Shown: piece after piece, positions 27,237-35,261 of the stretch
Numbering within the stretch: the stretch's first letter is position 1
Layout of the letters: the number at the start of each line of letters is the position of its first letter
From: an uncultured Acidobacteriota bacterium
GTDB lineage: Bacteria; Acidobacteriota; Vicinamibacteria; Vicinamibacterales; CAVVIG01
Direction of reading: 5' to 3'
Assembly: GCA_963712905.1 (NCBI GenBank)
Contig: CAVQJU010000014.1
Span: 49,261 to 113,260 of the forward strand
Length of the DNA: 64,000 nt
Notes under the pieces: generated by a model
Seen by the model: only the letters and a program-made list of their open reading frames with translations
Told to the model about the DNA's origin: nothing
Databases searched by the model: none
Translations under genes and position numbers: made by a program

Positions 27237-28238
27237 ATGCCTGAACTCCGCAAAGACCCCATCACCGGCCGCTGGGTCGTCGTGTCCACGGAACGCCAGA
27301 AGCGACCGATGGACTTCCGCTTCGAGAAGGCGACGGCCATCGGGCGCGAGCACTGTCCGTTCTGTCCCGGGCGTGAGCACGTGACGCCGCCCGAGGTCCT
27401 GGCGTACCGGCAGAGCGGGGCGGCGAACGGCCCCGGCTGGGACCTGCGCGTGGTGCCCAACAAGTTCCCGGCGCTCCGCGTCGAGGGCACGCTCGAGCGC
27501 GAGGGCGAGGGGATGTTCGACCGCATGAGCGGCATCGGCGCCCACGAGGTCATCATCGAGACGACCGACCACGACAAGGGGTTCGCGTCGATGTCGGAGC
27601 TCGAGATCGAGCGGGTGCTGTGGGCGTTCCGCGACCGCGTGCTGGACCTGAAGAACGACATCCGGTTCCGCTACATCCTGCTGTTCAAGAACCACGGCGC
27701 GGCGGCCGGCGCGACGCTCGAGCACGGGCACTCGCAGCTCATCGCGTTGCCGATCGTGCCGGACTTCGTGCGCGAGGAACTGGACGGGGCGCAGCGCCAC
27801 TACAAGGACAAGGAGCGCTGCGTCTTCTGCGACATCGTGCGCCAGGAAATCGCCGCGGGCCGGCGGCTCATTCACCAGAACGCGGACATCGTCGCGCTGG
27901 CGCCGTACGCGTCGCGGGTGCCGTTCGAGACGTGGCTGATGCCGCGCAGCCACGGGTCGCGGTTCGAGGAGTCGCCGCGGCACGTGTTCGAGAGCCTCGC
28001 GCGGATGCTGAAGTGGGTCATGGCGCGGCTCGACCGCGCCCTCGAGCACCCGCCGTACAACCTCATCATCCACAGCGCGCCGTTCTCGGAGGACGCGGCG
28101 GCGTTCTTTCACTGGCACGTGGAACTGATGCCGCGCATCGCGCGCCTGGCCGGGTTCGAGTGGGGGAGCGGGTTCTACATCAACCCGACGTCGCCGGAGG
28201 AAGCGGCGGAAGTCCTGCGCTCGGTCCGCCTTCCGTAA
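27237..28238 (+). CDS. galactose-1-phosphate uridylyltransferase-like HIT-superfamily nucleotidyltransferase
   Basis: MPELRKDPITGRWVVV, CPFCPG zinc site and HGHSQLIALP (HxHxQ). ATG 27237 is preferred because track start 27219 lies in the heptamer array. Confidence 0.75.
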   Translation: MPELRKDPITGRWVVVSTERQKRPMDFRFEKATAIGREHCPFCPGREHVTPPEVLAYRQSGAANGPGWDLRVVPNKFPALRVEGTLEREGEGMFDRMSGIGAHEVIIETTDHDKGFASMSELEIERVLWAFRDRVLDLKNDIRFRYILLFKNHGAAAGATLEHGHSQLIALPIVPDFVREELDGAQRHYKDKERCVFCDIVRQEIAAGRRLIHQNADIVALAPYASRVPFETWLMPRSHGSRFEESPRHVFESLARMLKWVMARLDRALEHPPYNLIIHSAPFSEDAAAFFHWHVELMPRIARLAGFEWGSGFYINPTSPEEAAEVLRSVRLP

Positions 28239-28347
28239 CAATCGGCACAAGCCGGCGCCCGTGCGGCACGTAGCCGTTCGGGGCGAAACGTGACACCATC
28301 ACGTGTCGCATCGTTCCGCGACTCCAGTCACCTTGACGAAAGGCTCG

Positions 28348-28560
28348 ATGATGTCCAGACGTAATGGCGATCGTTCGCGATTCCAGGTCAACCGAAAGCG
28401 GAGGCTGCGGCACCGCGAGCGAATCCAGACCTTGAAAAAGGCGCTGAAGGCGGGCGCGGCCGCCGGCGTGCAGCCCGCGGTCGCGGCTCCCGCCCCTGTG
28501 GCCCCTGTGGCCGCTGTGGCCCCTGTCGCGCGGGCCCGTAAGAAGCCGGCCGTCGGTTGA
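28348..28560 (+). CDS. hypothetical small basic protein
   Basis: ATG-ATG at 28348 after gaaagg; text is MMSRRNGDRSRFQVNRKRRLRHRERIQ. The C-terminal half is a (GCCCCTGTG)x4 9-nt repeat, so coding status is doubtful. Confidence 0.3.
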   Translation: MMSRRNGDRSRFQVNRKRRLRHRERIQTLKKALKAGAAAGVQPAVAAPAPVAPVAAVAPVARARKKPAVG

Positions 28561-28600
28561 ACCCGGGCTCGACCGTGTGGTACGGTAAGTGTTCGGGCGA

Positions 28601-28675
28601 GCGGGAATAACTCAGTGGTAGAGTGCGACCTTGCCAAGGTCGAAGTCGCGGGTTCGAATCCCGTTTCCCGCTCCA
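28601..28675 (+). tRNA. tRNA-Gly (anticodon GCC), CCA encoded
   Basis: Cloverleaf folded by hand: acceptor GCGGGAA/TTCCCGC, anticodon stem CGACC/GGTCG with loop TTGCCAA, T arm GCGGG-TTCGAAT-CCCGT. Confidence 0.9.
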
Positions 28676-28824
28676 AATTTACTCGCGGGGGCAATATTTT
28701 CAGTCGCGGGGACCCCTCACCCCGCTCCAGTGCGCTTCGCTGCGTGGGGCCCCACCGCCCACTCCGCTCCGCGTGCTTTTCAGGCTTGGTTGCGCCGGCC
28801 TTCGGCGGCGCGACATTTCTTAAC

Positions 28825-28898
28825 GGCGCCGTCGCCAAGAGGTAAGGCAGAGGTCTGCAAAACCTCCACCCCCGGTTCAAATCCGGGCGGCGCCTCCA
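28825..28898 (+). tRNA. tRNA-Cys (anticodon GCA), CCA encoded
   Basis: Acceptor GGCGCCG/CGGCGCC, anticodon stem GAGGT/ACCTC with loop CTGCAAA, T arm CCCGG-TTCAAAT-CCGGG. Confidence 0.9.
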
Positions 28899-28936
28899 CT
28901 TTTTCTCAGCAAATAGTTCGCATCCCCTGTGCCTGA

Positions 28937-29062
28937 ATCGAGGCGGCGAAGGCCGACTGCCTGATCGCCAGGCTCTGTCAGTGCCTGCAGGTCTCCCCCA
29001 GCGGCTTCTACGCGTCGCGCGGACGACCCGAATCGATGCAACTGACGGCACACTTGCACTGA
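28937..29062 (+). mobile_element. IS3-family transposase (OrfB N-terminus) remnant
   Basis: Short open frame IEAAKADCLIARLCQCLQVSPSGFYASRGRPESMQ resembles the IS3 OrfB start (..LC..L.VSRSGYYAW..RP.S). No catalytic domain follows. Confidence 0.45.
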
Positions 29063-29102
29063 AGCCGATCAGCGCCAGGCCCTCTGTTAGGTGGAGACGG
29101 CT

Positions 29103-29435
29103 ATGAAGTTCAATCACGTTGGCATCCCCACAACGACTCGCTTTGAAGGGGAAATCGATCTTCCCCACTTGAGAGTCACGGTGAGTGATCATCAGAGCAA
29201 TCCCTTCGGCATCCAATGGATGCGGTACTGGGAGGATGCGCCCGTTCCTGACCTCGTCAAGACCGTCGCGCATGTAGCCTTCGAGGTGGACGACCTGCAG
29301 CAGGCCGTACACGGGCAAGAAGTCATCATTCCGCCGAACAGCCCCAGTGCGGGAGTGATGGTCGCGTTCATCAAGGTTGCCGGCGCTCCGGTCGAACTCC
29401 TCCAGATAGATCGCACCATCAGAAGGGATCTGTGA
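29103..29435 (+). CDS. VOC (glyoxalase/bleomycin-resistance fold) family protein
   Basis: MKFNHVGIPT..., VAHVAFEVDDL and VAFIKVAGAPVELLQ. Visibly lower GC than the flanks. Confidence 0.65.
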   Translation: MKFNHVGIPTTTRFEGEIDLPHLRVTVSDHQSNPFGIQWMRYWEDAPVPDLVKTVAHVAFEVDDLQQAVHGQEVIIPPNSPSAGVMVAFIKVAGAPVELLQIDRTIRRDL

Positions 29436-29561
29436 GCAGATGGCTGGGGATGCGGCCGACCCGGTTACTCAAGCAACTTTCTTCGGGAGAAGACCAAATA
29501 GCGAAAGACGATCAACTTACGGCAAGCGTCCACTGAATCGGATGAAGCACAGGCCAGGTGT

Positions 29562-29951
29562 ATGGCAGATGAAAGACCACAGAATTGGGACTGGGTTCAT
29601 GCAGTAGGAACATGTAGCCCTCAAGTCATGTTCGGTCAACTTAAGGAACTAGCTCGTCAAAACGTGACGAAGAGAAACGAACAACTAGGACGGGGAGTCG
29701 TGTATGCACTCCGTGAAATTGACGGTGTGTCATTTTCAGTTGGGAAAACTGACGCCCACGGCACTGCGATGTTCTTTGGGCTTACAGACGATCTGAAGGG
29801 AATGGAAGTGTTCAGGATCAATCGCCAGAATTTGGTGCGCTATGCCGTCAAGCTGTGTGATGACGGCTTATGTAGATGGACCAAGGGCGATATGACACTC
29901 GATCATTGGCAAGTGCTGCGGACAGCATTGGAGCCGTTGCTGTTTAGCTAG
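29562..29951 (+). CDS. hypothetical protein (low-GC, no recognisable family)
   Basis: 129-aa ORF in the most AT-rich stretch of the window. A/T-ending codons are common, unlike neighbouring genes. Confidence 0.45.
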   Translation: MADERPQNWDWVHAVGTCSPQVMFGQLKELARQNVTKRNEQLGRGVVYALREIDGVSFSVGKTDAHGTAMFFGLTDDLKGMEVFRINRQNLVRYAVKLCDDGLCRWTKGDMTLDHWQVLRTALEPLLFS

Positions 29952-30020
29952 AGCTAAGCGACCTGAACGGTCTGTACCTGGTTCTGACCGATCGGCGCAA
30001 GACGCCCTGGGACGTGGATG

Positions 30021-31135
30021 CTACCGCGGCAGGTGAACGACGATCGTCGTTCCTGCGCCAGGCCGGCTCTCGGCACGGATCGTCCCGCCGTGCGCCTCGA
30101 CGAGGCCGCGCGCGATCGTCAGCCCGAGCCCCGAGCCTGACGAACCGGCGCCTTTGTAGAAGCGATCGAAGATGCGCGGCAGCTCCTCGGCGGAGATGCC
30201 CGCGCCGGTGTCGGCGACCCTGACTTCCACGCTGTCTGCCGCCGGCGCGGCTGCCGACGCCGACGAGCACACGCCCGCCGCGCGGCGTGTAGCGCAGCGC
30301 ATTGGCCACGAGGTTGGTCAGCACCTCGCGGATTCGCAGCGGATCGATCGCGATCGGCTCGATTTCATCCGGCGAATCCGTCTCCACCCGCAACGCGACG
30401 CCGGCGCTCTCCGCATGCGCGGAAAGCGACGAGACGACGTCGTTCGCCAGCGCGAGGATGTCGGTCGGTTCCTTCGAGAGCGCCAGCGCGCCGCTCTCGG
30501 CGGTGGAAAGCGTCCGCAGGTCCTCGACGAGCCTGCCAAGCACGCGCGTGTCTTCGAGCAGGCCCTGCAGCCGTTCGTCGTCTCTGGGGTAGACGCCGTC
30601 GAGGAGCCCCTCGAGCTTTCCCTGCACGATCGCGAGCGGCGTGCGCAGCTCGTGCGCGATGTCGGCCATCAGGTGGCGGCGCGCCTTGTCCTGCGCGTCG
30701 AGCTCGCTCGCCATCGCGTTGAACGCGCGCGCCGTGTCGCCGACCCACGCCGGCCCGAACTCGGGCTCGCGGACGCGCACGTCGTAGTCGCGGTGCGCGA
30801 TCCGGTCGGCGGCGGAGACGATGTCGGCGACCGGGCCGGCGATGCGGCGGATGATGATGGCGACGGCGCCGGCCACCGCGGCGCACACGAGGAGCAGGGC
30901 GATGCCGCCGCCGAATGGAAACCCGCCGCCGAAGCCCCGCGCGGCCGGAGCTCGCGACCAGCCAGAGAAGGACCCACAGCGGCCAGAAGCTGTACCAGCC
31001 GCTTCGCCGGACGAACCGCGCGCGCCGGTGCTCGCGAAGAGACCGGCCGCCCGCGCGGCGGCCAGGGCTCGTCGTGCGGCCACCAGGGCGGTGGCGAACG
31101 GTCGTACCGCGGGGGAGCGCCGCGCCAGCGGTCAT
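30021..31135 (-). pseudogene. sensor histidine kinase (HAMP-HisKA-HATPase) split over two or three frames
   Basis: H-box MADIAHELRTPL and N-box NLVANALRYTP lie in the frame of ORF 29944..31083. G-boxes DTGAGI and GSGLGLTIARGLVEAHGG lie in the frame of ORF 30021..302. An ATGA-coupled start at 31135 with TM-like WYSFWPLWVLLWLVA lies in a third frame. Confidence 0.75.
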
Positions 31136-31812
31136 GCTTCGGCGAACTTGTAGCCGATGCCGTAGACCGTCAGCACGTAGCGGGGCCGATGCGGATCGCG
31201 CTCGAGCTTCCGGCGGACGTTCTTCACGTGCGCGTCGATCGCACGCTCGAACGATTCGACCTCCGTGCCGCGCACGGCATCGAGCAGCTGCGCGCGCGTG
31301 AACACGCGGCCGGGATGGCGGGCCAGCGCGCTGAGCAGCTGGAATTCCGTCGCGGTCAGGTCGATCGGCGTGCCGCGCCGCTCGACGCGCATCTTCGCGA
31401 CGTCGATCGACAGATCGGCGACGTCGAACTGCGCGCCGGCCGCCGGCGCGTACCGCGCCCGCCGCAGCACGCTCGACACGCGCGCGACGAGCTCGCGCGG
31501 ACTGAACGGCTTGGTGATGTAGTCGTCGGCGCCGACCTCGAACCCGGCGAGCCGATCGGTTTCGTCCACGCGCGCCGTCAGCATGATGATCGGCACGTCC
31601 GATTCGCGCCGCAGGGCGCGGGCGACCTCGAGGCCGTCGAGGCGCGGCAGCCCGAGGTCGAGCACGACGAGGTCCGGCCGCTTCTGGCGCGCCATCTCCA
31701 GGCCGCTCGCGCCGTCCGTCGCGACCGTCACCGAGAAGCCCGCGCGCGTCAGGTAGTCCCGCGCGATGGTCGCGATCTGCCGCTCGTCGTCGACGACGAG
31801 AACGGTGGGCAT
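31132..31812 (-). CDS. OmpR-family response regulator
   Basis: Receiver (VLVVDDE, DLVVLDLGLP, KPF) and winged-helix output (YVLTVYGIGYKF). Confidence 0.9.
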   Translation of the reverse strand: MPTVLVVDDERQIATIARDYLTRAGFSVTVATDGASGLEMARQKRPDLVVLDLGLPRLDGLEVARALRRESDVPIIMLTARVDETDRLAGFEVGADDYITKPFSPRELVARVSSVLRRARYAPAAGAQFDVADLSIDVAKMRVERRGTPIDLTATEFQLLSALARHPGRVFTRAQLLDAVRGTEVESFERAIDAHVKNVRRKLERDPHRPRYVLTVYGIGYKFAEA

Positions 31813-32069
31813 GGCGGAAGAGGACCGCGCGACGGCCGCGCGGTCCTCTCGATCCTATGTGATCGGGCCCTGATTGGAACTCGACGCCGAACGTCGCGCT
31901 TCGATCGGTCCATGCGCTCGTGCTCCCGGCGATGCCATTCTTCCCAGTCGTCGCGCTCGTCGTAGTAGTAGCGGCGGTAGTGGCGGCCGTAGCGCCACGG
32001 GCCGTAGCAGCGGCCACCCCACCACATCCAGCGGAGCCCGCCGAAGACCCAGAACAGCAGGAAGAACAC
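31749..32069 (-). CDS. hypothetical small membrane protein, W/Y/R-rich
   Basis: GTG start; FFLLFWVFGGLRWMWWGGRCYGPWRYGRHYRRYYYDERDDWEEWHRREHER. The 3' part overlaps the response-regulator start by 64 nt, so the true extent is unclear. Confidence 0.3.
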   Translation of the reverse strand: MFFLLFWVFGGLRWMWWGGRCYGPWRYGRHYRRYYYDERDDWEEWHRREHERMDRSKRDVRRRVPIRARSHRIERTARPSRGPLPPCPPFSSSTTSGRSRPSRGTT

Positions 32070-32331
32070 CCAGATGCCGCCAAACCCGCTGTGGCGCCAG
32101 CACGCACGGGTTCGGCCGCGAGCGCGCCGGCCTCACGCTGCGCGCCGAAGCTGTAGGCCGACGACGGCCACCACCACGAGCGCCAGCGATGTGATTGCCC
32201 AGGGGACCCACGGCGCGCGACGTTCCATTCGATCTCGATCGTCCATTACTCAGTCCTTTCTCCTTCCGCGATGTCGACAAGGAGAGTCTGGCGATCGATT
32301 GTGGAGAGATTGTGAAGAGAGGCGGCTGCGG

Positions 32332-33138
32332 CTATTGCGCGGGTTGTGCGTGCGGCCACACCGGGCTGATCAGCTCCACGCGCCAGAGCGGAGCACCCAT
32401 GTAGAACAGCTGTTCGGATTTCACGAACGCCGGCACATCGCCCGCGAGGATCCACACATGGGAATCGGGCGGCTGTTTGCCGACGATGGGCGCGACAAGG
32501 CCGGCCAGCCCGCCGATGTCGACCTTCACGACGTAGTGGATGGCTTTGCGCCGCATGCCGCCTGTCGAAAACGTCTCCTCGGCGGCAGACGCGAGCTTCA
32601 ACTTGACCAGCCGTGGTTTCGGCGTCGCAACGACCAGCGACAGTTCCGCCGGTACGGCTCCCGCGCGCACGTTCTTCAAGAGCGTCAGCATCATGCCGTT
32701 CGAGAGGTCGGCGGCGGGCAACTTCAGGCGCTCGCTCTCGGTTTTCTGCTGGCCGTGGTCGTCCGTGTACCGCACCGTGGCCAGGCCGGACGCGTCGATC
32801 GTCATGTCGAGCGTGCGCGGAAACGATGGCCCTTTCTGACTGAGGTGATAGCTCACGAGGCGGAACCGGCCCTGCTGCGAGTAGACGCTCGTTTCGTCGT
32901 GCGTCGACTTGTCCTTGAAATGAAAAACCAGCCGGCTGGTCACGCGAGTGCCCTGGGCCGTCTGGAGCAGATCCCCATCGGCGAGCGGGGTTCCATCGGT
33001 CGTGCTGAGCTTCAGGAAGCCGTGGACCAGCCCTTCAGTGAAGCGGACGGGCACCGGCTCACTGTCTGCCGCGATCGAGCAGAGCAGGAGGCCGGCGATG
33101 AGGGATGCGATGGTAAAGCGGAGGTGAGTGCGAGTCAT
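32332..33138 (-). CDS. hypothetical secreted protein
   Basis: 268 aa with signal peptide (FTIASLIAGLLLCSIAA). Beta-rich text and no family recognised. Confidence 0.55.
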   Translation of the reverse strand: MTRTHLRFTIASLIAGLLLCSIAADSEPVPVRFTEGLVHGFLKLSTTDGTPLADGDLLQTAQGTRVTSRLVFHFKDKSTHDETSVYSQQGRFRLVSYHLSQKGPSFPRTLDMTIDASGLATVRYTDDHGQQKTESERLKLPAADLSNGMMLTLLKNVRAGAVPAELSLVVATPKPRLVKLKLASAAEETFSTGGMRRKAIHYVVKVDIGGLAGLVAPIVGKQPPDSHVWILAGDVPAFVKSEQLFYMGAPLWRVELISPVWPHAQPAQ

Positions 33139-33200
33139 GCTCGAATCCCGGCAGAGAGTCGAGCAACAAGAGTGCCGGGCGCGGTCAGCTTGAGGATGGG

Positions 33201-33857
33201 CTACCGCGTTTCATGAAGCAAATCGTGCACCTCCTGGTCTGTGGTCTCTGAGAAATCGCGATACCACTGTCCGACGGCGGTGAAATGCTCAGGCGTGCGT
33301 GGGCAAACAACCTCGTCGGCGAAGTCGGCGAGTTCCCGGCAAGTGTCGGGCGAACCGACTGGAACCGCGACAACGATGCGCGATGGACCGTCCGCCCGGA
33401 CAGCCTGAACTGCCGCTTTCATTGTCGAGCCGGTCGCCAGGCCGTCATCCACCAGCAGGACGATGCGATCGCGGAGCTCGAGCGGCGCCCGGCCAGCCCG
33501 ATACGTGCGTTCTCGACGGGCGAGCTCGCCCTGCTCTTCACGCGTGATGTCATCAACGACGGCGGCGGGAACGCCGTACCAGCTGATAACGTCCTCGTTG
33601 AGAACCCGCACGCCACCGGAGGCAATCGCACCCATCGCAAGCTCGCCATGGCCCGGCAGCCCGAGCTTTCTGACCAGGAGGATATCGAGCGGCGCGTTCA
33701 GTGTGCGAGCGACTTCGTGCGCGACCGGCACGCCTCCGCGCGGCAATGCCAGGACCACGACATTGCCACGGCCCTGAAGGTGTCCGACGTGTGCCGCCAA
33801 TTCAATGCCCGCCTGCCGGCGGTCTTCGTACGGCTCTTGATGAAATCCTGTGGCCAC
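33201..33857 (-). CDS. phosphoribosyltransferase-family protein
   Basis: VVLALPRGGVPVAHEVA and PRPP loop IVLLVDDGLATGSTMKAAV. Confidence 0.8.
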   Translation of the reverse strand: MATGFHQEPYEDRRQAGIELAAHVGHLQGRGNVVVLALPRGGVPVAHEVARTLNAPLDILLVRKLGLPGHGELAMGAIASGGVRVLNEDVISWYGVPAAVVDDITREEQGELARRERTYRAGRAPLELRDRIVLLVDDGLATGSTMKAAVQAVRADGPSRIVVAVPVGSPDTCRELADFADEVVCPRTPEHFTAVGQWYRDFSETTDQEVHDLLHETR

Positions 33858-33889
33858 GAAGCCGTCCTTGTCCGCTGATGGTGCAAGCA

Positions 33890-34205
33890 GGATACCTCCG
33901 CCGGCCGTCGCCGATCACTTCGAGTGCGGCCAGATGCTGCGCGTCACGCAGGATGACCTTGGCGATGCCAACTCGATCCACGGCGCGCATGGCCTCGCGG
34001 AGCAGGGCGTAAGCGTGACCACCAGGTCGGCCCAGGCCACCGGCCGCCCCTCGCGCTCGCACACCCGCTCGAACTTGACGGGCGACCGGTCGGCGGCGTG
34101 CAGCATGCGGAACCGGGGGCGGTGATCGCGAACGGCGACGTGCAGTTCGACTGGGATGCTGACCAGGCCGAACGCAAGGGATTCCTTCCAAATGGCGCGA
34201 GGCAT
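33890..34205 (-). pseudogene. ku: Ku (NHEJ) gene remnant with internal deletion and 3' truncation
   Basis: MPRAIWKESLAFGLVSIPVELH...VKFERVCEREGRPVAWADLV (about 62 aa of the Ku N-terminus). It then jumps frame directly to HAYALLREAMRAVDRVGIAKVILRDAQHLAALEV (mid-Ku), and the rest is missing. Confidence 0.7.
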
Positions 34206-34509
34206 GACGCCGCGTTTGCACCCGCTGTGCCAGGTGAGCCGACCGTTGGCGCGCACGCATGAGATCGCTGGCCAGGTATCGGATGTTGTGTTTCCGCCCG
34301 CTGTGTAGGAATAGACGACAGAACTATTCGGGCAGTGGGTCGGGAATCGGATTGGTCGGCGGAGGATCCGGCGTGGGCTCCGGGAGCGGCTCGGGCGGCG
34401 GCAAAGGCTCAGGCTCGGGCATCGGCGGACGTGGAGTTGTCGGAATCGCACTGGTCATCATCTGCTGATCGAGTAAGCCCCTTGCCGCCGCAGGGGTAAA
34501 CTGAGCCGC

Positions 34510-35220
34510 GTGACCGTTTCGCTCCTGCCGTCCTCCCGCAAGGGAGTCCTTGTCGCCCTTGCGAGCGTTATCGCGATCGCCGCCCTCGCTCACATGGCGG
34601 CGACGCTCGTCGAGTTCACGTCGGGCGACCCGGACATCTTCACGCGCTTCCACCTCGGCGAAATCCGGCGGGAGTTCGATCTCGAATCGGAATCGAACGT
34701 CACGACGTGGTTCTCGTCGGCCATGCTCCTGTTCTGCGCGCTGCTCCTCAGCGCGATTGGCCGCGCCAAGCGTCGCGCGGGGGATGGCCTCGCGGGCTAT
34801 TGGCTGCTGCTCGCGGTCGTGTTCCTGCTCGCCTCGATCGACGAGACCGCGATGCTGCACGAGGCGACGATGCGTCCGCTGACCGAGCGGCTGCACCCCT
34901 CGGGCGTGTTCTTTTACGCGTGGGTCGTGTTGGGCCTGCCGTTCGTGATCGTCTTCGGCATCGTCAACCTGAGATTTCTGAAGCGGCTGCCGCGCCGGAC
35001 CCGGCTCGAGTTCATCGTGGCCGGCGCGGTGTACCTGGGGGGAGCGCTCGGGCTGGAGATGGTCGAAGGCGTCATTGCCACTCGGATAGGTGCTGGCAGC
35101 TTCGTGATGTTCGCGGCGCGATGGCTGGAAGAAGTCATGGAGATGTGCGGCGTGCTGCTGTTCCTCGGCGCGCTCCTCCGCTACATCGCCGAGGAGCTTC
35201 CGGCCGAATCACGCGGCTGA
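34510..35220 (+). CDS. hypothetical polytopic membrane protein
   Basis: 236 aa with about 6 hydrophobic segments and conserved-looking acidic residues (SIDETAMLHE, LEEVMEM). Confidence 0.6.
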   Translation: MTVSLLPSSRKGVLVALASVIAIAALAHMAATLVEFTSGDPDIFTRFHLGEIRREFDLESESNVTTWFSSAMLLFCALLLSAIGRAKRRAGDGLAGYWLLLAVVFLLASIDETAMLHEATMRPLTERLHPSGVFFYAWVVLGLPFVIVFGIVNLRFLKRLPRRTRLEFIVAGAVYLGGALGLEMVEGVIATRIGAGSFVMFAARWLEEVMEMCGVLLFLGALLRYIAEELPAESRG

Positions 35221-35261
35221 GCGCCGGAATACGTGGTGTAGGATTACCGCCGAGGTCTCCG

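Noticed and set aside
30365-32107. 580-aa minus-strand ORF across the kinase, regulator and upstream region
   Set aside because: It is out of frame with the clear response regulator. Only a short stretch (31135 to about 30950) may represent the kinase N-terminus.
32133-32135. In-frame TGA between the two small ORFs considered as selenocysteine
   Set aside because: I could not fold a convincing SECIS-like hairpin at the right distance downstream. There is a one-in-three chance that two ORFs share a frame, and the context is not a redox motif.
34707-35261. N-terminal extension of track ORF 34707..36062
   Set aside because: It overlaps the membrane-protein gene 34510..35220 out of frame. A signal peptide begins at ATG 35262.
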